Source: Girardia tigrina | Taxonomy: Eukaryota | Direction: 5' to 3' | DNA: 49,603 nt | NCBI GenBank assembly: GCA_001938485.1 | Contig: MQRK01201053.1 | Location: forward strand, 52,745-102,347 | In this document: positions 1 to 12,249 of the stretch, one piece after another | How the letters are laid out: every line of letters begins with the position of its first letter | How positions within the stretch are numbered: the stretch's first letter is position 1 | Program-made: the position numbers and the translations under genes | Notes under the pieces: model-generated | Seen by the model: the letters and a program-made list of their open reading frames with translations, nothing else | What the model was told of the DNA's origin: nothing | The model's database searches: none

Positions 1-276
1 TTTATTTCAAAAATTATTTAAACTATTTTCAAAATCAATATTTAAAATTGCTTAAAAATAAATATTTAATATTTTTGTTTTCTTGACATTTTTAATTCTA
101 AGATATTTTTTATTTTTAAGTAAATATTTTACTTTTTTTATGATTTTCATTTATTATATAATTTTTAATTTTTAAAAATATTTAACAAGCAAATTAATAT
201 AAAAATATTTTACCCTTTAAATTAAAAAATAATAAACTATTCAGGCGAGATGAAAAATTAAAATTAACCCCTCATA
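1..276 (-). mobile_element. Ty3/gypsy LTR (related to the LTR at 2385-2601)
   Basis: ~210-276 closely matches 2534-2601; both read TATGAGGGGTTAATTT on the minus strand. Confidence 0.65.
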
Positions 277-347
277 TTTCTCAATAACAAACTACAGTCT
301 AGAACGGAGGTCGACAATCTTTTAACTTGGAAGAGCCAAAATAATAA

Positions 348-2601
348 TTAAGAATAATTAATAAAGTAATAATTGCAAATTCCAAGGAAACTTCTTAGAT
401 TCTTTACACATTTCGGTTTTTCAAATGTCTTTATGACTTCTAATTTATATGGGTCCGTCTTTATACCTTTATCATTAATTACATGTCGCAAAAATTTAAC
501 TTCCGTTTTTAAGATATGGCACTTTTTCGGATTAATTCTTAAACCTGCTTTCCCGATTTGGTACAATACTTTATCCAAAGTTTCGTAATGTTGTTCTAAC
601 GATTTTGAAAATATAAGAATGTCATATAAATATACCACTGTCTGTTCTATGCCTCCGAGCACCTTTGTCATGAGTTCCTGAAACGTTACCGGTGCCACTG
701 CTATACCAAACAGCATTCTATTGAAACAAAATTGTCCTAGCTTTGTGGAGAATGCTGTTTTTAGCTTTGAATCTTTCTCTAGTTCGACCGGGTAGTATGC
801 ATTGCCTAAATCAATTGATGTGAAATATCTGGTTCCATACAATCTGTCCATCATTTCTATCATATTTGGCATAGGAAATGCATCTTGCACCTGTGTCTAA
901 TAAACAATCATCCACGTTACATTATTCATCAACTTTATACTCGGCCGGCCTTGCATTCTATCATACGATATATTTTCTGCTTTCCATTCATCTATTGACA
1001 AAATCCTGACATTTTCTTCTGTGTTCTTTTCTTCAATTGTTACCATTAAACTTCGTCCAAGCTTGTCCTCAAAAGTTTCTTTCTTTATAAATTTCCGTAC
1101 TTTATCATTTACTCTTGCTTCGCTTATCTCAACATTCCTTTCATCGTGTATCACTACGTCTATAATATTTGATATATTACTTCTACTATAAATACCAATA
1201 CTTTGGAAGTTGCTGGTATCTTTTAATTTATTGCCCCGACTGGCTCCACTTCTGTCAAGGCATTGCCTTTTGGGTGTTCACTTCCTGTAACCGATTCTTC
1301 ATATTTTTCATCAATGTTATTCACGAATCTTCGATTATCTACTCGTCTTCTGTCTTCTCTATCTCTTTATCTTTGTTGATTGTATCCCGATCCTCAATAG
1401 TTATTGTCCCCTGTATTTTGCTGTCTTCTTCTGCCATTTAAATTTGTATAACATTCACTTTCACTGTGCCCTTTATCTTGACATCTTTTGCATTCGATGT
1501 TTGGACAGTTTCTTTTTACGTGTCCATGTTGTCCACAACCATAACCTTTTATTGGTCTCCTTTCCGAACAGTTTCTTATCATGTATCCTTCTTTTCCACC
1601 TCCGAAACACTTGATTGGTTTTCTTTGTCTATACGTTTCACTTATGTGACCTACTTTTTCACAATTTCTACATTTGACCGCTTTCATGCCTTGAGTGTAT
1701 TCTGTAGTATTTCTACCAACCCCTGTCTGATTTTGTCCGTATTTACTGTCGCCTGTTACTGCTTCTCTGTAGCTCCGGCATCTGTTTTGCATCCTCTGGT
1801 CTCTTACTACATTCACGTCTTCTGTCACACTTTTGACGTCATGTACTGGCCTTTATCTTTTCTTTTATCTCATTTATTCCTTTCACTTTGTTAAGTCTCA
1901 CTTCCTTTTTTATGTCCACATCATCACAACAATGTAACAATAATGCTTCCGTGAGGGCGTCTTTTGACAAGTCATGTTTCAAGATCTTGGCTGCGAGCTT
2001 TTCTACTTTCTCAAAAATACTTCCGGTATATCTTCCTTCATCCTGTACCGGTATGCCTCAGTTAGGTCTTCGAATAGTGAGGAAGTTCGAGAGAATGCCT
2101 TTCTCAATCGGTCTTTATAACCTACTATTGTCTTATCTACCGCTTTGTATCGATCTTTCAGATCTCTCTCCAACAAACAAACGACTATTGTCTCTTGTTT
2201 GGCCTTCGCTATTCCTGCAAAATTAAAGAATGATTCACATTCTTCAATAAATGTCTCCACATTATCGCCTTTTCTGTACTTTTCAGGTAACATTTGACCC
2301 GTGAAGATATCCATTGCAGTGTTAGTCGCCCTGTGAGAGGTGGTTACAACATCAATATCAGAATTCATTTTTTAACACCAAAATTTATTATATCATTTTT
2401 AATTTTTAAAATATTTAAAAAACACATTAAAACATATTTTATTTTTAAATACGTACTTGATTTTTAATAGTTGTTTTATTATATCATTTTTAATTTTAAA
2501 ATATTTAATAAGCATATTAACATTAAAATATTTTACCTTTTAAATTAAAAAAAAGTAATAAACTATTGTGGCGAGATGCAAATTTAAATTAACCCCTCAT
2601 A
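348..2601 (-). mobile_element. Internally deleted Ty3/gypsy retrotransposon: LTR, gag (CCHC knuckles), protease stub, partial RT
   Basis: LTR ~2385-2601. gag 2368-~1170 with CRNCEKVGH, CGQHGHVKRNC, CKRCQDKGHSESEC. Protease DCLLDTGA at ~886-910. RT 348-890 with DLGNAYY, KTAF, YLYD (YLDD decayed), LRSFLGICNYY. Frameshifted; no RNaseH or integrase. Confidence 0.92.
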
Positions 2602-2899
2602 AGTTTAATAATGAAAAATAATTATCAATTTTATTATCGAAATGTAAACTCTTTATTACAAGGGATACGAATAAAGCGTCGTGCTTCGCAATAACATTCG
2701 ATTCATCAAGTCAATCCACACCACATATAAACTTAATGCGTTATAGATTTCAAAAAATAAAAAGAAATTTAACCATTAAATCTGTGGATAAAAATGAATT
2801 TATTGGTAAAATGTTTTTTAAATATTTATTTAAATTATTATTTTTAAAGTAATATTCTCAATGATAATTTTAATGTCGTTTTAAAATTAAAAAAAACAG

Positions 2900-3426
2900 G
2901 TGATCGCCTCAAAAAAGCCTCTAATAATTGTCACTACGAAAAACGATATCCTCTCACAGACAGTTCACGAAAAATTCAGATCGATAATTGATAAAAAACC
3001 ATACAACAAGTATCCCGTCGTCGAAACTTCATCTAAACTCGATATAAATATCGATCATATTTACGATTTGGCAGTGACATTTTGCGATCAAAATGGCATG
3101 AAATTTACAAAACAAGTCACTTATCAATATTCTGAAGGATGTTTGAATCGTGAAAAAGAGAACGAAACACATCGACGAGAATTCGAAAAATTGGTTGAGG
3201 AATATTTGTCAGGGGACAATTTGTTTGAGGAATGGGAGCAGTTTATAAAAGTCGATCAAGTTGGGTTTTATTTGCGTTGGTTTCCTCAAGATAATTTGAG
3301 AGAAATATTTCGAGAAAAACAGCATGACTTTATGTTGAAGAGACGTGGCCTCAATAGTCACCGGTTCAAAGAGATTTTATCTTCGCTTTTGCGTGAATTC
3401 GATCACTTGATTTCTCTGGAAGAGGA
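2900..3426 (+). CDS. RhoGAPp190: p190RhoGAP (ARHGAP5/35 family) exon: C-terminal half of N-terminal GTPase domain plus first FF repeats
   Basis: Acceptor cag at 2897-2899, donor gtaagg at 3427. KKPLIIVTTKND and VVETSSKLDINID match p190 GTPase G4/G5 (human KKPIVVVLTKCD, VVETSARSNVNVD). FF-like RREFEKLVEEY...W follows. Ends phase 2. Confidence 0.88.
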
Positions 3427-3689
3427 GTAAGGATATTTTATCATTAAGAATTTTATTATAATTTTGTTATATTGTATAATTATAACTTGTGACCCTAGAA
3501 AATTTTAATTCAGTTCTTAAAAAACGCTTTCTAATTTTCGTTTGTCTAGAATTCACAATAAAAATAGATTATAATCGTAATGGACTCTTAATCATTTAGA
3601 AATATGTGATTTGAGTGTATCCGCATATATAAATAATAAAAGAAAGCATACTTGAAAATGGGACATGTAACGGTGGTATGCTACCGTGA

Positions 3690-3975
3690 GCCCGGTCTTT
3701 ATAGAGGTTGCCACTGTCTCTTTTGATCGGAGTGGGTGACGCTCGAAAGATCCACCGATGTAACCAAAACGACGATCAATTTGCGCGGCGATAGATGGGA
3801 TTTAATTGAGAAAAAATCCAACGCGGCCTCTGTATTCGGCCCACCAGAAAGGTTTGAGCGCCACAATTTGATATCGATCAGTCGAGTACCAGTAATCGAC
3901 CGGCAATAAATCAATGACGGTCGGCGGCGGCTTATTGTTAACAACGATGAAATTATCCACAGTCATCGATTGAAT
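3690..3975 (-). pseudogene. GC/CpG-rich coding-like gene fragment, possibly VWA-domain derived
   Basis: Composition is far above the intronic background. LSGGPNTEAALDFF...RKLIVVLVT resembles VWA GGTNTxxAL...KVIILITDG. Frame is broken. Confidence 0.3.
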
Positions 3976-4344
3976 TGAAGCACAGTAACGATTTCAAATG
4001 ATATCATTTTTTGAAAGCAGAAAAAATATGTAATTCAAAGGAAATTTATTAGAATTTAAAATTTACACAAAAGTGCTTCAAATAAAAACTTTTATCATAA
4101 AAGCCGAGTAAAAAAAGAAACGATTACATAAATAATCACACGGTAAAAAATTTCAATTGTCATTAAAATAGGCGATAATTATAAAAGCATGTTTTTCTAT
4201 AAATAATGATATAGAATTTCATTATATTCTATAGTATAGAAATATATTTATAAATATTAATATTTTATTTTTGTTCACTACAGGATTGTTTTTGTCCAAT
4301 CTGTCTCCACTTTCCAATCACGAATTTTGGCCTTGAAGAGGGCC

Positions 4345-4632
4345 GTATGTCTTTCGCAATTCTTAGAAGCCCTTGAGGAACCTCCGATGAAATAATCGGG
4401 TTGAAAGAATTTCCCAAGGTTCGAATTCAGTACATAATCGAGAATGATACTATTCAATTCAACCATGACGCTGATTGGCACACATTTTCCATGAATCCCA
4501 AAAGTAAAGTAAACGTAAATTCTCGGTAATTGCCAATCACTGTCGCCTTCGTAAATACCAGTGGTCGGTTTGATTCCGTGTTCATTAGTGATTATTTTCC
4601 AAAACATCGTTCCAATATTGTTTCCACAACTT
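4345..4632 (-). pseudogene. TUBB: Truncated, divergent beta-tubulin pseudogene fragment (N-terminal ~100 aa)
   Basis: CGNNIGTMFWKIITNEHGIKPTTGIYEGDSDWQLPRIYVYF...GKCVP...FQPDYFIGG aligns to beta-tubulin [40 protein letters not shown]...FRPDNFVFG. No MREI start; truncated. Confidence 0.9.
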
Positions 4633-4880
4633 TCATATTCTCATCAATTCATACCATGGTTCATAAATGCCTCCACATGTCTTGATAAAATATTCTGCAT
4701 TAAAAATATAGCCAAAAGGCAAAGTTATCTATCCGTTTAAATTACGCATCCAATCTCAAAAATAATAAAGAAATCGATATTGATATATAACTTTATTTAG
4801 CTATCCCAGAACTAACAATAATAATTCATTTAAACAAACGAATTTCTGATAATAATTTTTTAATTATAACTTTACATATT

Positions 4881-4884
<4 letters not shown>

Positions 4885-4916
<32 letters not shown>
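4885..4916. repeat. (TA)n microsatellite
   Basis: Direct inspection. Confidence 0.9.
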
Positions 4917-4920
<4 letters not shown>

Positions 4921-6157
4921 TATAGATGTTGCATTAATATTTTTTTTATTAAACATATTTTTTTACATGAATCCAATTTTATTTATTTTTCAATTTTGAT
5001 AATTTTTTAATTCATTCTGAAACAGTGATATTTACTGCAGTTGTTTACTTATATTATTTTCTCTTCCTGTGATTGTAAATACCAATCAATTCACAAGTCA
5101 GCTAGACATGTATCATTCTTAAAAGAACTTCTTCAGGGGGTTCATCCAATGAAAGATCAAAATTTCCAAACATAAATATAAATGGATAGTATCTGATTGT
5201 TGAAGATTCAGTATCAGATCGTCAAGACGAGAAGTTTTATGTATAGAATGAAGAGTATTGCACCATGTAGTAATTTACGTGACATAAATTTCGAGATTAG
5301 ATGGACTCATCTGATGCACTTCTCAAATTTGATTCTAAATATCAAATGCTTAAAAAGCGTATGTAAAAGATATCAATTGATTAAACCCCTCTCATAGCTA
5401 TTTGTCAATTTATAAGTGAAACTTCTGCTTTCTCATACCTGTGTCTCAGTGTTGATAAAAGTATTCAAATACTTGTAAGAAAAGTTATTAATTTGTTAAG
5501 AGAGTTTTTATTTTGGCAAAGGAATAAATATAGTGTGTAATATTGGTTCTCAAGTTCTACAAACTTCGATCAGCAGCAGACATCAGGAAATGCAAGAACC
5601 AATTTTGATCTCAAACAAAATTAATCGCATACGTTAACGATAAATTGCCGACATCAGAAGCTTATCGCTACAATGAATCATTATGATCAACATAGATTTT
5701 TTATCCGTACATTATCCAAATACAGACAATAAGCGAAGTAACTGTTGTTCAACAATTCAAATTTGAGAAAAAATTAATTATCTAAACAATCCGTAGTATC
5801 GCTTTCATATGTTGACATCTTTTTGATTGAAAAATAAGAGTTTAAAAGTCTTTTAATTCGAATAAATATTAATGATGACATTTTTGTAGTTTAATTTAAT
5901 AATAAATATTTTTTCAAATTAACGACATTTAATCATTTCTTTAATAATAAATAATTTTTCAAGTTAAATTGGATTTAATAAAATAAAATCATGATTGGAA
6001 ATTTTAAATTATATTCGAATAATGGGGATAGTATAACATTAAAAATTATCATTCGACTTTCTGATCAGGAGACACTACAGTAATGACAATTTATCTCTCC
6101 AATGTACGAGTTATTATACCCATGGCAATTAAATTTATATAAGATTAGCTTTCATTG

Positions 6158-6426
6158 TGTGAGGAATATTTTGTGTTTGAATGTTGTGTGTTGATTTGGA
6201 ATTGTGTCTCTCATAAACCTTTTCTTTCATAAAATATTTTAATTCTTATTATCTGAAAATATGTAATGTTTAAATTTATTTCTAATTTCAAATAATTGTA
6301 AAATTTTAAATAACTTTATTAATTTTATTTACAATTTTTAAATAAATAAATTGAATTAATATTTTTTAAATAATTAATAATCATTTTAATTTTTAAACAA
6401 TAAAATTCTGAATAAATATTTAAACA
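6158..6426 (+). mobile_element. Solo LTR (TGTGAGGAAT family)
   Basis: Starts TGTGAGGAAT; shares TTGTGTCTCT and the AT-rich tail with copies at 21917, 30162 and 31045 (the last follows an integrase PPT). Confidence 0.6.
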
Positions 6427-6963
6427 ATTTTTTAAATTCTCCATTTGCTCAGATAATAAGATTAAAGTCATTAATCAATTAGTTAGAATGCAACCGTACG
6501 AAGGTTTTGACAAAGATTGCCTTGAGGATAATCAAACTTGTTATGTTAATAAAAATATGAAAAGTCAAATTTGTGTTCTTAATAATTGCACAGTCAGATC
6601 TTGATTTTACTATAGTAATCTTTATCTGAATATTCCTGACACTGAATATTGACTATTAAAATAACTAATATGGTTTTCATAATTTTTCCAAATAACACAA
6701 TTTGAATTGTTTTAGGGACATTTCTCAATTTAAATTTATATTTTTATAGAACTCGTTAATTTTTTTTCAATTAATCAATCAACTTATAAAAATATTTGAA
6801 AACATATCTAATTAATTTATTAAAACTTAATTTAGTAACTATTAACAACATCAATATGAGTTTTGCAACATTTATTAATACCACAAGCGCATTCAATATT
6901 TGACATTGTTCTTGATCAATATATTTCTGAATTCATACTAATTATTTTCAATAAGTGAAAATC

Positions 6964-7212
6964 TGTTAATAAAAATTATTAATTATAAAAAAATCGAATT
7001 GGTTAAAATTAAATCTAAACATTTTTAAAAAAGTACATGTTAAATTAAAATTTTAAATTACATTAAAAATTAATTAATACATTCAAAAATTATTTTAAAT
7101 CTTTTTACTTTAAAATTAAATTAAATTATTTTTAATTAGTAGGAATCAAAGAAAATACCGACCATCCAAATACATGCACAATATCAGCACACAATTCAAA
7201 ACATTCCTCATA
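6964..7212 (-). mobile_element. Solo LTR (TGTGAGGAAT family)
   Basis: Minus strand TATGAGGAATGTTTTGAATT...GATGG...TTCCTACTA matches the copy at 30162. Confidence 0.55.
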
Positions 7213-8277
7213 CTAACTATTTTATTTTCTAAAATTCATTTTATTAAAATATTTGAAATATATTTTATAATATTTATTAAAAATTTTATTTGCATTTTAA
7301 ATTTTAACATTAATCATTATTTCATAATCATTCAAACTTTATCAGGTTATTAATACAAATCCTATTAAAATCTATTAAATTAAATTATTAAATTAAATCT
7401 ATTAAATTAAATCCTATTATTTATATAATTAGTACCATAAAACACCAATTTTCCAATGTGGTAGTAGAATCTCAATCATATCACAACCATTTAATAATTA
7501 AAAAATCATCATACTAACATAAAAATACATTTATTACCGTGCCTACTGGGTTCCTTTTTGTCTTAGACTTCTAGACCGCGAAAACCAACTATATTCCACA
7601 TTAAAAAACAATAAAAATCCAGAAAAGTATTCTTTCAGGCCTTAATAATGGGAATCAGTATATGGCTGTATAATGGTTAATAAATATTTATAATGAATTA
7701 CTTTTGTGTTTTACGAGAACACGAGATGTTATTGTAAGAAATGTTATTGTTATTATAAGAAATGGAGAATGAGAATCGAGTGAGAATTCATTGAAGTAAT
7801 ATAAAATATTTGCAAACTTCATACATGTTCGCTAACGTAGCATCAAATCCGTTTTATCCAGCATTTTTTAATAATAACTATGTGGATAAATAATTACATT
7901 CGATCCAAAATTCTAAAAGAATTTATTAATAAAATAAAACATTATCATAAAAACCTTTCTTAAGACATTTTCAGAAATGTATTGTAAAACATTTTCTGAA
8001 CTCCGTTTTGAAAGTGACGAAATTTAGTAAATAAATATTATTTTACACAGCATAAATAATTTATGCTTTACCGTTTATATTATAATCAAGTAGGGACAAC
8101 GACCCAAAACACTTAATAACAACGAATATTTTAGTTCCCTATCACAGAAGCTGTTCATTTTCAATCTTTTTAATGAAGCACAGGGGTTTCATCAACAATA
8201 TTATCAATTTCCATAGATTTTATAATATGATTTTTGACGAATAATTGAAACGCTTCATTGAAGATATGTTTATTTAG

Positions 8278-8605
8278 GTCGATCGAGAACATTGTTAAGA
8301 ATCTCCAAAACGAGAAAGCATTTATTTCTCATTTTATAGATTTTGATTCAAAAATAGAATATTTCAAGTTTAATGAGAAATCTTCCGACTCAGACCTTAT
8401 TCCATTATGTTTATTAGATGCCAACTATGAAGACAATTTATTACATTATATAAGCCAATATGCCCAACAGAAAAGGTTGGAGCATCAGTTGTTGAATCAT
8501 TTGTCCGAAGACTGTCAGAAATATTTCAGGAAATCACTGAGAGAAGTCAGAGACGATCTTTTCAAATACTTTAAACATTTTATTCCTGATAAAGTTGTCA
8601 AAAAT
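8278..8605 (+). CDS. RhoGAPp190: p190RhoGAP exon (FF-repeat region)
   Basis: Acceptor tttag 8273-8277. Phase 2 joins the previous exon (GA+G=Glu). Donor gttagt at 8606, phase 0. Contains LIPLCLL, similar to p190 IPFDL. Confidence 0.8.
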
Positions 8606-8839
8606 GTTAGTTATTTATAATTAATTCAATAAAATTATTATATAAATTATTATATAATACATTTCTAAAAGGTTTCGTAATCAGCTATTCATACTTGATA
8701 AGTTATTACATTTTAATATATCATGAGTTAAATATTCTTTTAAGTCCTAAGACTCACATATAAAAAAAGGCTAGAAGGAATATGAGAAGGAAGAGGTAGA
8801 GTTTAAATGAAATATCACTTCTTTTATGGTTAGGTGTTT

Positions 8840-10210
8840 ATTGAAAACATGTTCAACGGTATGGACCTTCAAAAATCAATCACCAATATTTCTCCAACTC
8901 GAGGTATCTGCCCTTTTACTTTTATTCCGAATTTATCCAAGAAATCTATACCTGCGATCATTGATCACTGCGATTCTTTGACCACATAAATCTCTATCAA
9001 CTTCTGTGTTCCTTCAATAGCAACATTCAATTGAACGATTCCATAATTGATCAGTTCTGAGTCATTTGCGCAATGGATATGTTTTTTCGTTTCTCTGATT
9101 TTAATATCTTTCATATTTTTAATTATCTCCACCTTAATTACATTTACTCTGACTCCGGTGTCCAAAAGGCAATGAACTTTTCTATCTTTCACGTAAAAAT
9201 CCACACTTGGACGTCCTTTCAATTCTTTATAATTTATCTTAAGCTTTGAAATCTTCAGTATTTCCTCTGTACAGTTTAGTTTCTATCATTGTCTTGAGTT
9301 TTCACACTGTTTTCATATTACACTGTTCTCGATTTCCAATATGTTCACAATCAAGTTCCCAAATCTCTTGAACAAAATTTTCATACGTAAAAGCAAACAT
9401 ACAATCACACACACACACATTCATACATACAATCAAACATACATTTACATTGGTTTCCTAATGAAGCACACTGTATCCTCGTTTCCCTGTTTGTGTCTAA
9501 ATCTTATTTTACCTCTAGAATACAGTAGTTTCTTATTATATTCTCTTCTTTTTTATCAGAAATTTCCGATCTCCTGTCCATTTCATCATCCCTGTCTTCT
9601 AAATCCACCAAATCCATCAAATCTTATTCATATATACCGGCCGTTCTCTATATTTTTGATCAGAGTAATGTCTCCTTTCATTCAAAAATTTCTATTATTG
9701 TTCCTTTTCCGTTGGTCGCAGTCGTTAAACCTATTTGGGTTTTCATAACATTGTGTTCGTAGATGTCCTCTTCTTTGACAGTGGCTTCACTCTACGTTTG
9801 GATATTCTCTTCAAACATGACATTCCTGATGACTTGCCAAACAAATAATTTTTCTGACTTTATAATTTCGACTTGTATCTTTTCTTTTTATTTCTTCGTT
9901 CCGTAGTTTTGGTGTACTTCTTTTATTCTCCACAGTTTTTCACATATTTTCTTTCTATGTTTTAAATACCGCTATCGGAGAATTCCTTTTCTTTTTACCG
10001 TATTCATACATCCTCATTTGTATGATTTCGATCTCCTCTGCTTCTGTTACACCTCGAATCGCTATCTCTTAATTGACGTTATCATCCTCAATCATATTAT
10101 CATAAACCAAATTTGATAGTTCCTTCTTACCAAACTTTTTATCCACTAGTTTTTCGATTATCCCATCTGCTTTGCGGAACGCAGATTTCAATGACGTCGA
10201 ACTTACTTCA
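8840..10210 (-). mobile_element. Decayed Ty3/gypsy fragment: gag knuckles, protease, integrase tail
   Basis: Protease LLDTGVRVNVI (8965-9222); knuckle remnant CQKRGHLRTQC ~9750-9790; FEGPY integrase-tail motif at ~8860. Confidence 0.8.
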
Positions 10211-10543
10211 TATTATCTAAGAATTTCACGTTTCTGTTTATTATACTAACGTTTTGTGTCTTTTGTTCATGACACAGAAAAGAGTTATGTTTCATGTCCT
10301 TAGAATATCTAAACCATTTAAATGATTTTTAGGCATTTGCTTTGATTTTTAAAATAAAAACTTAGCTGTAATATTTTCCTTTTTTTGTATAAGAATCAAT
10401 GCGTTATAGATTCATTATAGTATTTAATCAACAATAATTCAAAAGATATACTTTCATTTTCGACAGTCTGAGCTGGAAGAATCACAAATGAATCCCTGAA
10501 ACGAATACGGTTCTATTTTTTTAACACATCCAATGATCTAAAG

Positions 10544-10689
10544 CAAAGGTTCCCAAACTTTTTTCACTCGTAGACCCCTTGCCATGATTTTCGGTTTTAA
10601 GTAGACCCCCCATTTTTTTCGCCCACGTAGACCCTTTGGGGGTTTATATCGACTCCAGGGGTCGATACAGACACCTTTGGGAACCTATG
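10544..10689. mobile_element. hAT (Buster/Charlie-type) MITE, 146 bp
   Basis: TIRs CAAAGGTTCCCAAA / TTTGGGAACCTATG. Perfect 8-bp TSD ATCTAAAG (10536-43, 10690-97) with central TA. Internal GTAGACCC repeats. Confidence 0.9.
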
Positions 10690-11199
10690 ATCTAAAGCCG
10701 TAACTTTATCTAGAATTTATTCGAATTATGTGCAAACAATGTTAAAAAAAATATTAGGTTTGATTCATGTTTTTAAAGAGATTTATTTACTATAAATTGT
10801 TTAATTAAATTTATTGATATTTTTTCTGACCTAATATTTAGAAATAAAACAATTAGCAGAAAGAAATTTCTATAAAATTTCTTATTTTCTTTTCATTATT
10901 TTTTAATACAAATTAATTTTGTACCATAAAAATGTCAATCCCGGGACACCGTAAACATGCTTAGTACATGTAACATACAAATGTTCATATGAATAGGAAA
11001 TCATAAAATTATTTCGTTCCTTTTCTCCAGTGGTAAATTATTTTATAGATTAGAAATTTTTAAGCTTTATTTTTTTTGATTTAATCTTTGAAATAATTTG
11101 TATATATTTAAGACAAATAAATTAATACCCTTCTGAAAATTTTCAAAAAATTATGTGGTTTTTTGGAAGAAAGTTTATTCTAGTAATGAAAATGAGTTT

Positions 11200-12022
11200 A
11201 CTCTTCCATCGTGATCAACTGATCCGGTAGCCAACATAATTTTTCCACATTTATGTTTCCCGCCTGAAAAATTTTAGTGATAGTCCGCATTTTTATATTA
11301 GCATTGATAGTGCTGCCAAAGTCGCGTCCTATTAAGATGATTTTCCCTTTATGATCAGTTAGATTCACAATTAATATTTCATTTATATTATTGCTAATGC
11401 TGATGAACGTGCGACTTATTTAGACAATTCCATGCCAACTATGGACACCTCCCCTTTCGATTTCTTCGCGCTTTCTGCTGGTAAAATGGCTAAAGCTACT
11501 ACATTTTTTTTTAATTCTGAACTTTCTTTGCTAATCTAAAAATTTCAGCAGCATATTCATTGATTCTATCGAAAATGGATAGTTCATTTCTTTCAGTTTA
11601 CGGTACGCTTCACGAGATTTCATACCATAAGCAGCATCTAAATCTCGAAAAATTTTGGACTTACTTCTTTGTCTTGCTTCCAAAAGCTCAATATAAAGAC
11701 TGAGAAGTGATCCACCTAACAAAAATGGAAAAAACCATAGATATTTCCTTCACCTACTGAATTACCACCATCATTTTAAATTGCCTTTTTCATATCTCCC
11801 ATGAATTATTTCCATTACATTTTTCTAAGCACCCTGAAATTAATTTTACGCTTGACATGACAGGATAACTTGTAATGTCAGAGTAAATTGAAATAAGTAA
11901 ATTTTATTTAAAATACAAATTATGTTTCTGTATATAACAATAATCAAGCACTTATTAGTTAATGAAAACATTCTATTATTAAACTAATATTCGTTAATAA
12001 AATATTTTAATATATTTCCACA
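11200..12022 (-). mobile_element. Old LTR-retrotransposon 5' remnant (LTR plus gag-like)
   Basis: TGT...ACA-bounded segment 11871-12022 followed by broken gag-like frames (WEIWKRQFKMM). Confidence 0.35.
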
Positions 12023-12249
12023 CAGATATCGATCAAAATAAAATTTAAGAATTTTCGGAGTGAGGAATTTGAGTTTACCCAAAATTAATTTGAATATGAG
12101 CTTGAACCAAATATGTAATTATTTTAATACTTAAATCAATTCTCGACGTTGAAATCGAGGACAAGCTTCTTGGTTTGATACATTGTCTTGGGAAACATTA
12201 GGATTGAAATCAATTATTTATTTTCGATCAATTAAACACTTATTTTTAA

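Noticed and set aside
1169-2226. + strand ORFs of 90-142 aa (similar ORFs at 9341, 33520 and elsewhere)
   Set aside because: Antisense shadows of gag or other coding fragments.
1-2601. Intact LTR retrotransposon bounded by two LTRs
   Set aside because: The LTRs are clearly diverged, no good PPT precedes 276, and RNaseH and integrase are missing.
3810-3850. SH3-like WWAEYRGRVGFF
   Set aside because: Lacks the PxNY and ALYDY motifs and stops immediately; an overlapping frame gives an equally plausible reading.
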